A DNA stretch of 55,202 nucleotides from Candidatus Coprovivens sp. GTDB lineage: Bacteria > Bacillota_I > Bacilli_A > RF39 > UBA660. The position numbers and the translations under genes are program-made. The notes beneath the pieces were generated by a model. That model was not told where the DNA came from. It ran no database searches and was given only the letters and a program-made list of their open reading frames with translations. Position 1 is the first letter of the stretch; the number at the start of each line of letters is the position of its first letter. The DNA lies in assembly GCA_051892935.1 (NCBI GenBank), contig JBJFGS010000014.1, forward strand, positions 25,982 through 81,183, given 5' to 3'. Below, one piece after another: positions 37,477 through 46,655 of this stretch.

Positions 37477-37486
37477 AATATACCTC

Positions 37487-37726
37487 CTACAAATTTAAAA
37501 CAGCACGTTTAGCTTCTGCAACATCATGATTAGTAACAACATCTGTTCTTATTTTTTCCAATTCTGAAACCCTTTTTTTTAAAAATTCAATCATTGATTC
37601 AGTAGATGACTCATTATCATCTAATACAGCCAAGTCAGGCAACAAATCATTTATAACAGAGTTTAAACAAGTTATTGCTTCATCAATATCTTGAACAACA
37701 CTCGATATAGAATCCATGCTTATCAC
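37487..37726 (-). CDS. Small helical-hairpin protein, cassette 3
   Basis: 76-79 aa (ATG 37717 likely); precedes the large substrate. Confidence 0.6.
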   Translation of the reverse strand: MISMDSISSVVQDIDEAITCLNSVINDLLPDLAVLDDNESSTESMIEFLKKRVSELEKIRTDVVTNHDVAEAKRAVLNL

Positions 37727-37831
37727 TCCAATCAGTTTCCTATCATTATATATTTTATTTTACTATATAATTAAAATAAAATAAAGATAAATAATAAAAA
37801 AGCCAATATTAAAATATTGGCAAAACAAAAT

Positions 37832-38179
37832 TTATTTAATTACTTCTTCTACTTCATCACTTATTTTATCAATCAGTGCCGTTACTCCACTTTCAAAATC
37901 AGAAGTAGTTTTTGTAACATTTAAAACATTGGCATAATAATTATCAAATTTTTTCTTAAAATTTTCAAAAGTTAAAGCTGCACTATTCCATTTAGATAAA
38001 AAGTCGCTTCCTAATTTCGAAGATAACGCCGAATCATCACCAGCATTAAAACTTCCTTCAATTATCTTATCTAAACTATCAACCAAACTATAATAAGAAG
38101 AAAAAACACCATTTAATTCCTCCATAGTTGATTTAACTGTCTCATAAGATAAATATTCACTTGTTGAACTATTACTCAT
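37832..38179 (-). CDS. WXG100-like protein ('B' type)
   Basis: SALSSKLGSDFLSKW..AALTFENFKKKF, similar to the N-terminus of the 794 aa protein. Confidence 0.7.
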   Translation of the reverse strand: MSNSSTSEYLSYETVKSTMEELNGVFSSYYSLVDSLDKIIEGSFNAGDDSALSSKLGSDFLSKWNSAALTFENFKKKFDNYYANVLNVTKTTSDFESGVTALIDKISDEVEEVIK

Positions 38180-38189
38180 AAACTACCTC

Positions 38190-39425
38190 CTATTGTTTAG
38201 CTTCCACCGATTCTGATGCACTCGTTACAGCATCAACACTTTCAGTATTATATCCTTGTTTTAAATATTGAGAATACGTCATAAACTTTGTTTCTCCATC
38301 AGCAGTAGTTATTTTAACCGAATCAAAGCCATTATCATTTTTTACAACTCCACCATAATCACTATAAGCTTGATTCTGTGAAAAAGTAGAAGTTGAACCA
38401 AAAATGTTATTATTAATTTGTTGTCCTTCTGAAACAAATTCACTACTATTAAAAGCAACAACTCCAGGTGCTATAACTTCAGTACCACCTTGTGAATTTT
38501 CTGCAATATTATAAGCCGCTTCCATTGCTGTTTTAGAAACATTGGTACCATTAAGAAACAAATCATAACGATGATCTGTATCAGAGACAGTTCCAACTAA
38601 AGAAGAACTATCTGTAACAACAGAAACTGGTGTCAAATTTGATATTGCTGCAACAACACTTCTTAAACCATCTGTAGCTTCTTCAAGACTATCACCATAT
38701 CCAAACCAACCATCAGAAGCTTCATGTATTTTACCATCTCCACCATTTCCAGTTATTAAATCTATAATATCAAGACTAGATTCAGCTGTTAAACCATCAA
38801 CAGTATTATAAGCTTCCATATATTCTCCCAAATAACCATTAAGATCTTCAATTTTTTTATTAGCTTGATTAATCAAAGCATCATATACAGCTGGATCCAT
38901 CTTACTACGATTCGCTTCTAATGCTGCAAGTGCATCTTTCTCATTTCGAATTTCACTATTTATAAGTTCAATATCGTAATATAAATTATCACGAACTTCA
39001 ATAGCTTGCTTATAAGCATCTTTAGGAGTTTTAACATTAGAAATATCAGGAGTATAAGACAAATTACTTCCATAATAATCTCCAATATCCTCTGCTTTAT
39101 AAACACTATCACCAAGAGTTATTAAAGCACTACAATCAAGATTTGCTGCCACATCAGCAACCAATCCATTTCCTTGTTCTTCTAACTCACTTACAGTATT
39201 TGAGTACTGAGAAAATAAATCTACCAATTCCTCTAATGCCGGTTTAAAATTAGTAGCATCATTAACAAAGGCATCGTATGAAGGACCTTTCCAAGAACTA
39301 CCAAGACTAGCCACTTTTTCATATATTGTAGTATTATAACCTTCTAAAGTCGTTGATGCTGTTGATAATTTTTTCTTAATATCCTCTAATTTAGCAGAAT
39401 CCAATATAAAAAAGCCATTACTCAC
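38190..39425 (-). CDS. WXG100 'A' domain fused to a ~310-aa extension
   Basis: SSWKGPSYDAF, nearly identical to SSWSGPSYDAF of 40028-40354. Confidence 0.8.
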   Translation of the reverse strand: MSNGFFILDSAKLEDIKKKLSTASTTLEGYNTTIYEKVASLGSSWKGPSYDAFVNDATNFKPALEELVDLFSQYSNTVSELEEQGNGLVADVAANLDCSALITLGDSVYKAEDIGDYYGSNLSYTPDISNVKTPKDAYKQAIEVRDNLYYDIELINSEIRNEKDALAALEANRSKMDPAVYDALINQANKKIEDLNGYLGEYMEAYNTVDGLTAESSLDIIDLITGNGGDGKIHEASDGWFGYGDSLEEATDGLRSVVAAISNLTPVSVVTDSSSLVGTVSDTDHRYDLFLNGTNVSKTAMEAAYNIAENSQGGTEVIAPGVVAFNSSEFVSEGQQINNNIFGSTSTFSQNQAYSDYGGVVKNDNGFDSVKITTADGETKFMTYSQYLKQGYNTESVDAVTSASESVEAKQ

Positions 39426-39499
39426 AAAAAATCATCTCCTATTTTATAAAAAAACTTAATAAGTAAAAAAACTAATAAGTATTCTATTTATCTACAATA

Positions 39500-39528
39500 A
39501 TCATAAAAAAAAAAGCCCTCAAAGTCAA
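39500..39528 (-). promoter_or_regulatory. SigA-like promoter with poly(T) spacer
   Basis: TTGACT-N17-TATGAT; a T10 run ends at the first base of the -10 box. Confidence 0.65.
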
Positions 39529-39548
39529 TATAATAGATAATATTTAAT

Positions 39549-39580
39549 AAAAAAATACATCTATTAGATGTATTATTTTT
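39549..39580 (-). terminator. Intrinsic terminator
   Basis: AATACATCTA-T-TAGATGTATT hairpin plus T-run. Confidence 0.6.
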
Positions 39581-40016
39581 CAGAATAATAAACTGATGTT
39601 GAAGGACCTACAGGAGAATTATCTGGAGTTCCTACATCTTCTTCCATACCCAATTGAGCAAATAATTCTTGAACCTTATCTTCAAAAGCTTCATTTGTTT
39701 TTGTTGCCAACTGAACATTGTCTAATGTTTGAGTTATATACTTTGAGAAATTAGCAAATCTAGTAGTTAATGCATTCCATCTTGTATTAACATAATTTGA
39801 TGCTCCACCTCTCATAGCAGCACCATTAGTTCCAAAATTAGTATTAACTAACTCTGTTCCAGACTCTAAAGTTTTTAAAGCATTTGTTGTATCAGTTCCA
39901 ATTTTTGTACGACTTGCAGAAACTGCAGCAAAATCCATTCTTTCTTGAGAAGAACTTCCACCTTCTCCAGTTGCTGCTATTTCAAACATTGGATAATTTT
40001 TATATTTATTCATCAT
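39573..40016 (-). CDS. WXG100-like protein ('B' type)
   Basis: GAAMRGGASNYVNTRW..F.NF central motif. Confidence 0.7.
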   Translation of the reverse strand: MMNKYKNYPMFEIAATGEGGSSSQERMDFAAVSASRTKIGTDTTNALKTLESGTELVNTNFGTNGAAMRGGASNYVNTRWNALTTRFANFSKYITQTLDNVQLATKTNEAFEDKVQELFAQLGMEEDVGTPDNSPVGPSTSVYYSEK

Positions 40017-40027
40017 TTTTTAACCTC

Positions 40028-40354
40028 CTAATTTTCAAAATAACCTGCATTAGTAGCAGAAGTGCTTTGAGCTTCACCTGCTAATTCTTGTAATTTAGTA
40101 ACCCAATTTGAAATATTAGTAATCAATGGATCAATTGATTGTTTCTTATAATTTTCGCAATTTGTTTTAAATGCATCATAAGATGGTCCAGACCAACTAC
40201 TATTTAAAGCTGTTACATCTCCATATAAAGTTTCAACATCTGCTTTAAAAGTTTCAAGTATAGTTGATAAATCTTCTGCAGCAGTACTTATTTTAGACCA
40301 ATCATAGAATACTTCTCCATTTGCTGCTCCAGCATTTCCAGACATATTTGCCAT
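40028..40354 (-). CDS. WXG100 family protein ('A' type)
   Basis: SWSGPSY canonical WxG; ATG 40354 follows GGAGGTG; 108 aa. Confidence 0.87.
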   Translation of the reverse strand: MANMSGNAGAANGEVFYDWSKISTAAEDLSTILETFKADVETLYGDVTALNSSWSGPSYDAFKTNCENYKKQSIDPLITNISNWVTKLQELAGEAQSTSATNAGYFEN

Positions 40355-40441
40355 TCTATTCACCTCCATAAATTTAATAAAAGAAATAACTCGTTCATAA
40401 TTCAATTATTTGACCTCTACGTTATATCCTTATCTAACAAA

Positions 40442-40470
40442 ATCATAAAATAAAATTATTATAAAGTCAA
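40442..40470 (-). promoter_or_regulatory. SigA-like promoter of the WXG100 pair
   Basis: TTGACT-N17-TATGAT. Confidence 0.65.
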
Positions 40471-40496
40471 TAAAATACAAAAAGTTGACATTATTT

Positions 40497-42281
40497 TTAT
40501 TCCACAGTAACACTTTTTGCTAAATTTCGAGGCTTATCTATATCACAACCTTTTAATTTAGCGACATAATAAGAAAGCAATTGACACTTTACTATTACAA
40601 GTAATGGACTAACTAGTTCATGTACTTTAGGAATAAGAACTACATTACTATAAAGATCTTTATCAATTTCTCCATCATTAGTAATGATGATACTTAAAGC
40701 TCCTCTAGCACAAACTTCTTTTATATTACTTATAGTCTTAAACTTAACATCATCATCAGTAATTATACTTATTACTGGCGTATTCTTTTCTATTAAACTA
40801 ATAGTTCCATGTTTTAATTCCCCAGCTGCATACGCCTCACTATGAATATAGCTAATTTCTTTTAACTTTAAAGAAGCCTCCATACTTAAGGAATAATCAA
40901 CTTTTCTTCCTAAAAAGAATATATCTTTCTTTTTATAAATCTTCTTAGCTATTTTTTCTATTTCTTTCGTATTTTTTAATACATCATTAATTAATACATC
41001 AATATCATTAAAAATATTAAGAATATCTTCTTTTAATACTTTTCTTTTTATTCCCAAATATGTTGCAATTAAAGACAACATTATTAACTGACAGCTATAA
41101 GCTTTAGTAGTTGCAACAGCAATTTCAGGACCAGCCTTAATATATAAAACTTTATCAGATTCTCTAGCTATTGAAGAGCCTACAACATTAACAATTGATA
41201 AAGTATCAATTCCATTTTGCTTAGCTTTTCTTAAAACAGCCAAAGTATCAGCAGTTTCCCCACTTTGACTAATCAATATGATAAGATGTTTTTTACTATA
41301 TACATAATCACTATATCTATATTCAGATGCAATTTCAACATTAACTGGGATATTTGCATATTTAGTAATTAAACTCTTTCCTACTAATCCAACATGATAT
41401 GCACTACCACAACCAACTATATCTATAGCATCATATTTTTCCAAACCATTCATTTTTTCATTTAAATTATTAATATTAGATATATAATCTTTAATAGTTT
41501 CTTTTAAAACATAAGGTTGTTCAAATATCTCTTTTAACATAAAGTGATCATAACCATTCTTCATTGCTGATTCTTTACTAGCTTCAAATGTTAATATATT
41601 TCTACAAACAATATCACCATTCTCATTATAAATAACAACATCATCTTTATCTAAAACAGCATATTCATCATTATATAAAAGATAATACATATTAGTATAT
41701 TCTAATATAGCAGGAACATCACTAGCTATAAAATTACCATCTTGTGATATTCCAATTATAAGTGGACTATCTTTTCTAATAGCATAAATCTTCTCTTCGT
41801 TATCAACTAAAATACCCAAAGCATAACTACCTATTAACTTACTTTTCAATTCTTTGAGAACTTCCAAAATATTATTCTTTTCTCTATATAGTTTATCAAT
41901 ATAAGCCGCAACTACCTCGCTATCTGTTTCACTTAAATAATTGTATTCTCCTACTTCTTTCTTTAAATCATTATAATTTTCAACGATCCCATTATGTACT
42001 AACGTAATATGTCCAACTTGATGAGGATGACTATTTTCATCACTTGGCTTACCATGAGTAGCCCATCTAGTATGTCCAATACCAACATGACTATTAATTG
42101 TTACATTTATTTCTTGCTTTAAATTATCTATTCTACCTTCTTCTTTAATTATTTCTATTTTAGAATCAGCTATATATGCAATACCTGCACTATCATACCC
42201 TCTATATTCTAGTGATTCCAAACCATTAATTATTTTAGGAATACATTTATCTTTTCCAACATATCCCACAATTCCACACAT
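40497..42281 (-). CDS. glmS: Glutamine-fructose-6-phosphate aminotransferase
   Basis: MCGIVG, LEYRGYDSAG, GHTRWATHG, SQSGETADT and PRNLAKSVTVE motifs. Confidence 0.99.
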   Translation of the reverse strand: MCGIVGYVGKDKCIPKIINGLESLEYRGYDSAGIAYIADSKIEIIKEEGRIDNLKQEINVTINSHVGIGHTRWATHGKPSDENSHPHQVGHITLVHNGIVENYNDLKKEVGEYNYLSETDSEVVAAYIDKLYREKNNILEVLKELKSKLIGSYALGILVDNEEKIYAIRKDSPLIIGISQDGNFIASDVPAILEYTNMYYLLYNDEYAVLDKDDVVIYNENGDIVCRNILTFEASKESAMKNGYDHFMLKEIFEQPYVLKETIKDYISNINNLNEKMNGLEKYDAIDIVGCGSAYHVGLVGKSLITKYANIPVNVEIASEYRYSDYVYSKKHLIILISQSGETADTLAVLRKAKQNGIDTLSIVNVVGSSIARESDKVLYIKAGPEIAVATTKAYSCQLIMLSLIATYLGIKRKVLKEDILNIFNDIDVLINDVLKNTKEIEKIAKKIYKKKDIFFLGRKVDYSLSMEASLKLKEISYIHSEAYAAGELKHGTISLIEKNTPVISIITDDDVKFKTISNIKEVCARGALSIIITNDGEIDKDLYSNVVLIPKVHELVSPLLVIVKCQLLSYYVAKLKGCDIDKPRNLAKSVTVE

Positions 42282-42307
42282 ATAAAAACCTCCATACAAA
42301 AAAATAT

Positions 42308-42440
42308 GGAAGATTATCATTTGTTATAATATTGATTTTATTTTTTGGATAATCTTAACGCTCCCACTATCACGTAGTAGCACCCGCCGAATCTTTCGAA
42401 AACTACTAACCTCGTCATCCCACAGGACCTGGCGCTATCC
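42308..42440 (-). ncRNA. glmS ribozyme (GlcN6P-activated)
   Basis: AGCGCCAG...GACGAGG...TCGAA..ATTCGGCGGGTG core in the glmS 5' UTR; AAGATTATC/GATAATCTT downstream stem. Confidence 0.92.
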
Positions 42441-42528
42441 ATATGCACAAAACTCCTTCTAGCATTAGGATTTAATTAATTATATGCAAAGCCAATCATT
42501 TTTGTCAAAATAAAAAAGTAAATCAATG

Positions 42529-43050
42529 TCAATTTACTTTTTCTCTACCATATAATTCTAAACTATTTAACATAGTATCAACACTATCTAATACTATATC
42601 ATAATACTCACTATCTGCTTGATAAAAAACAATTACAAGCAAAGTATTCTCTTTATAAATATTAACTAATACTTGCTCATTATCTTTCTCGTATAAGTAA
42701 GAATAAGATTCATACTTATCACTAGGATTATCAACAACATTTATCAAATTATACTCTCTATTTTGTTCTTCAACAGAATATATAACATCATTAATAATAT
42801 CACTCAGTTTTATATTAATAAAATTTTTTTCAAGTAACTTAACTTGAATATTAAGAATACTATCAGAGGCTTTATGTTTTAAAATCAACTTATCTTTATT
42901 ATCAATCACTTTCCAAGTTGTATCATATTGTATTTTAAAATATTCATTATCATAATCACGTAAATATATTTGTAATGAAAAAGCCACTCCAATAGTAGTA
43001 AGAACACTGATAATTATTAAAAATACTATAATGCTTTTATTCTTTTTCAT
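42529..43050 (-). CDS. Membrane-anchored PsbP/DcrB-like protein
   Basis: N-terminal TM, YFKIQYDTTWKV, C-terminal ..VDTMLNSLEL pattern. Confidence 0.55.
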   Translation of the reverse strand: MKKNKSIIVFLIIISVLTTIGVAFSLQIYLRDYDNEYFKIQYDTTWKVIDNKDKLILKHKASDSILNIQVKLLEKNFINIKLSDIINDVIYSVEEQNREYNLINVVDNPSDKYESYSYLYEKDNEQVLVNIYKENTLLVIVFYQADSEYYDIVLDSVDTMLNSLELYGREKVN

Positions 43051-43051
43051 A

Positions 43052-44647
43052 CTAAATCTCCATAATAAGAATAATTAAATAATTTAAATTATCTTTAATA
43101 ATTATCTTATAATCTTTATTAGAGTATATCAATTTATTAGTATCCTTATAAATAAGAGTATAACCTTCACTAACTAACTCATCAGTAAAAGATGAAACTA
43201 AATACAAAGAATCTATCATGTTACCAACATTATTCTTATATCTTAAACTCAATATATCATCAACATAACTTGCTTTAACTAAGTCTAATTTAATATTTTT
43301 TTCTAAATTACCAATTTTCTTATATTTATTCCAAGTTTTACTATCTACATTGTTAATAACTTTTTCTTCATAAATATTTAAATAATACTTTTGTTTAAAA
43401 GTATCTAACAAAGTATATTTTATATTAGCATAGGCACTATTAACTAAAATATCTTGTAATTCTATTAAATAATCCGTACTATTTGCATAAGACAATTCAG
43501 AATATAATTGATCAGCAACATTAAATCCTATTACTTCACCACTTACATTAAATAATGCACTTCCAACATCACTTTCACTTAATGCAAATACATTTTCAAT
43601 TCTTCCATTACCATTAGAAAGATTACTGCCATAATTAATACTAAAATTATTATTACTCTTACTATTAATAGTAAATACTTTATCTCCAGATTTAATACTA
43701 TCCGATTTACCTAAAACAACTTTTTTTCCTACTTCTTCAGATATTTTTAATACTACAACATCATAGTCACTTTGAGCCGAGACAATTCCCAATACTTCAT
43801 AAACATTACCATATACATCATTTACATATATATAATTACTATTAGTTAAAAATTGTAAAAACAAAGACCAAGTAGTTACAATAACTCCCTCTCTTATAAA
43901 AAATCCACTACCATAAGTATTACTACCTGATTCATTCATACCTGTTATCTGAACAACCGAATTTTTATTATTTTCATATAAACTAGTTAGCAAATTTTCA
44001 TCAACACTTACATCTGTAGAAGACATTGTCATTTTATTATAAGAATCTCCTATAAATCCCCCATTCTCCTCTTTTTCAATCAAATTATTAAAATAACTAT
44101 CTAAATCATTACTTATTGTTATCCAAGGATAAAATAATTTAAAACTAATTTCATCATTACTTTTTAACCAATATGTAACGACAATATCTTGTTTCTTAGA
44201 ATCTACCAAAGCATCTTTTAAATAAATAAAAACCATTCTTTCATCTTCATTAAAAATAGAAATTTTTATATCATCTATATACTCAACTTCAATTTTTTTA
44301 TTATCTATTTCTTCAAGATAATATTCGATAAATAATGTTCCATTTAAAGTATCAAATCCACTAGTGGTACTCATATGCATTTTATCAACCAATTGTTGTT
44401 TCTTAACAGACAAAGAATTATCTGAAAAAGAAATTTTAAGTAAATCTTTAGCATAATCAGAAATCTCTTCATCATATATTATCTTATTACTAAATTGATC
44501 TGTTTCTATTTTATAAGTTTTATCCAAATTACTTATAATACTATCACTTTTTCCTCTAATATTAACTTTATCCATATCTATAGAAAAAGCATTAACAGTA
44601 TTAATAAGAATAAACATCAAAACAATTGTATATATTACTTTTTTCAT
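43052..44647 (-). CDS. Secreted protein with trypsin-like domain lacking catalytic His/Ser
   Basis: Signal peptide; SVVQI, GSGFFI..GVIVTTWS, DVVVLKI and ESDVGSALFNVSGEVIG motifs. Confidence 0.75.
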   Translation of the reverse strand: MKKVIYTIVLMFILINTVNAFSIDMDKVNIRGKSDSIISNLDKTYKIETDQFSNKIIYDEEISDYAKDLLKISFSDNSLSVKKQQLVDKMHMSTTSGFDTLNGTLFIEYYLEEIDNKKIEVEYIDDIKISIFNEDERMVFIYLKDALVDSKKQDIVVTYWLKSNDEISFKLFYPWITISNDLDSYFNNLIEKEENGGFIGDSYNKMTMSSTDVSVDENLLTSLYENNKNSVVQITGMNESGSNTYGSGFFIREGVIVTTWSLFLQFLTNSNYIYVNDVYGNVYEVLGIVSAQSDYDVVVLKISEEVGKKVVLGKSDSIKSGDKVFTINSKSNNNFSINYGSNLSNGNGRIENVFALSESDVGSALFNVSGEVIGFNVADQLYSELSYANSTDYLIELQDILVNSAYANIKYTLLDTFKQKYYLNIYEEKVINNVDSKTWNKYKKIGNLEKNIKLDLVKASYVDDILSLRYKNNVGNMIDSLYLVSSFTDELVSEGYTLIYKDTNKLIYSNKDYKIIIKDNLNYLIILIMEI

Positions 44648-44658
44648 ATAATACCTCC

Positions 44659-46578
44659 TTATAATTTACTTCTTAATACTTTAACTATAGATAAACTTGC
44701 TAATTTGGCATTACTACCATTTAAATAAAAATCATGAAATGCCTCAGCAATAGTCTCATCATATATATATGCTCCAGAAACATCTTTCGCAATAGCATAT
44801 TGTGATATACTAGCTCTAAATTCATAAAAAGATTCAGTACTCCCCGTTTCAATAACATAATTATCGAATGCTTCTTCAAGTAGCTTTCTACTAAAGCTAC
44901 CAGCATTAAAATCATCATATACATCATATAGTAACGATGATTCATTTGCTCTAACATAATTAAGTTGATCTGTTTCATAATAATTCAACAACGCAACATA
45001 TGAAAGATAATGACCAAATTCATGAGCAACAGTACTGCTTCTTGTAGCATTAGGTGGAAAATAACCGCTCTTTGAGCCATAACTAACCGAATTCTTTATT
45101 TTTGAACTATTTAAAAAATATTTAGCATTTAAGATAATTTGCGTTTTTGTAGCAACTGGATAACCAGAGGTAGAATTACTTGTTGAAAATGTAAAGATAG
45201 GCATAAAAGCTGCAATAAAAGTATTGTTATCACCAACATTTGCCAAAGTTAAATTAGTAAGATAATTTCTCGCACTTGGAAACTCATTATAAATATACTT
45301 AACAACATTAGCCAACTCTAATGCAAAATCTTCATCCATCTCACATAAATTAACAGCTGTAATCCCATATTTTTTTATAATACTATCTTCAATCTCTTTT
45401 ATATTATTAGGGCAATTATTCTTTTGTTTCATACTATCAGTACTTATTAAATTATAAACATCTTGTTCTGTTCTAATGGTAAACTGTGATAAATATTGAT
45501 TATCATAAACAATTGATGTATATCCCTCGCTTGTAGAACCACCAGATTGACCTGATTTAGAAACACCTTTATATTCCTCAAATCCATTACTACTTTCAGT
45601 ATTTTCAACATAATTATTTCCTTGCTTAAAATAAAATGAGCTATTAGTATTATTAACTAATAATATAATAGCAATAATCCATAAAGCAAGTACAACTGCA
45701 TAAGACAAGAAATTACTTTCTTTCTTAAAATTACGTTTACCATTTTTAGAATCAATATTTATAGTATTAAAACTTGATTTATTAGAATTATCATCATAAT
45801 TAAAAAACTTTGATGATTGTGATTTACTTCCAGCTATATTAACTATATTATTAGTTGGTTTTTGTGATAACTTAGCACCACTATTTTCATTAACACCAAA
45901 ATCAGGTTTTTTTAATAATGCCCATCCAATTTTAGAAGAAAAATTAACTTTATTAGAAGGTACTACTTTACCAGACATATCTTTTTCATTGAAACTTTTT
46001 ACATCTTTTAAACTATCTCTAATAAGTTGCTCTTCTAATCTTTCTTTAGCTTCTTTATAATCTATATAATTATTATAATTTTTTCTATCTATAGTTTTAA
46101 CTTTTTTTGAAACACTAGTAGGAGATTTTTTTTCTAGTTTAATAAAAGTACCATTTCCTTTACTAACAACACCACCTACTAATGAAGAATTATCCTCAGT
46201 TAAATATTTATTCTTACTTCCTTTAGTTGTCTTACGATATTTGACATTTTCTTTTTTCTTACCTATTTTTGTAATACTACCATTATTTTTAGTGACAATT
46301 CCACCTACTAATGAAGTACTATCTTCCGTTATATACTTATTTTTACTACCTTTAGTGGTATTACGATACTTAGTACTTTCCTTTCTTTTACTAATTTTCG
46401 TAATTGTACCTTTACTTTTAGTAACTTCACTACCAACTAATTCTGCACCACTATTTTTTATATATTTATTACTAGCTCCCTTATTACTAGAACCAATCTT
46501 AGTTAATAGCTTATTACCGCAATGAGGGCAGACAGAACTATTATCAGAAACTATTATATTACATCGATTACATTTCAT
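44659..46578 (-). CDS. Zn-ribbon / Lys-rich repeats / TM / HExxH metallopeptidase-like protein
   Basis: CxxC..CPHCG, 43-aa repeats, one TM, HEFGH and SQYA..ETIAEAF. Confidence 0.75.
   Translation of the reverse strand: MKCNRCNIIVSDNSSVCPHCGNKLLTKIGSSNKGASNKYIKNSGAELVGSEVTKSKGTITKISKRKESTKYRNTTKGSKNKYITEDSTSLVGGIVTKNNGSITKIGKKKENVKYRKTTKGSKNKYLTEDNSSLVGGVVSKGNGTFIKLEKKSPTSVSKKVKTIDRKNYNNYIDYKEAKERLEEQLIRDSLKDVKSFNEKDMSGKVVPSNKVNFSSKIGWALLKKPDFGVNENSGAKLSQKPTNNIVNIAGSKSQSSKFFNYDDNSNKSSFNTINIDSKNGKRNFKKESNFLSYAVVLALWIIAIILLVNNTNSSFYFKQGNNYVENTESSNGFEEYKGVSKSGQSGGSTSEGYTSIVYDNQYLSQFTIRTEQDVYNLISTDSMKQKNNCPNNIKEIEDSIIKKYGITAVNLCEMDEDFALELANVVKYIYNEFPSARNYLTNLTLANVGDNNTFIAAFMPIFTFSTSNSTSGYPVATKTQIILNAKYFLNSSKIKNSVSYGSKSGYFPPNATRSSTVAHEFGHYLSYVALLNYYETDQLNYVRANESSLLYDVYDDFNAGSFSRKLLEEAFDNYVIETGSTESFYEFRASISQYAIAKDVSGAYIYDETIAEAFHDFYLNGSNAKLASLSIVKVLRSKL
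46130..46475. repeat. Three degenerate 43-aa (129-bp) basic repeats
   Basis: NKY..E....LVG..V(T/S)K..G(T/S)..KI.K.K repeated three times (third partial); boundaries approximate. Confidence 0.75.
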
Positions 46579-46655
46579 ATCCACACCTCCACTATCATAT
46601 ATAATTATATCATAAATTTTAAAAATTTTACTTGTTTATTAAAAAAAGAAGAAGA

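Noticed and set aside
14805-40470. Shared TTGACTTT -35 box as a T7SS-specific regulator site
   Set aside because: The same sequence occurs upstream of unrelated genes (near 5850 and 34135), so it is a general SigA -35 variant
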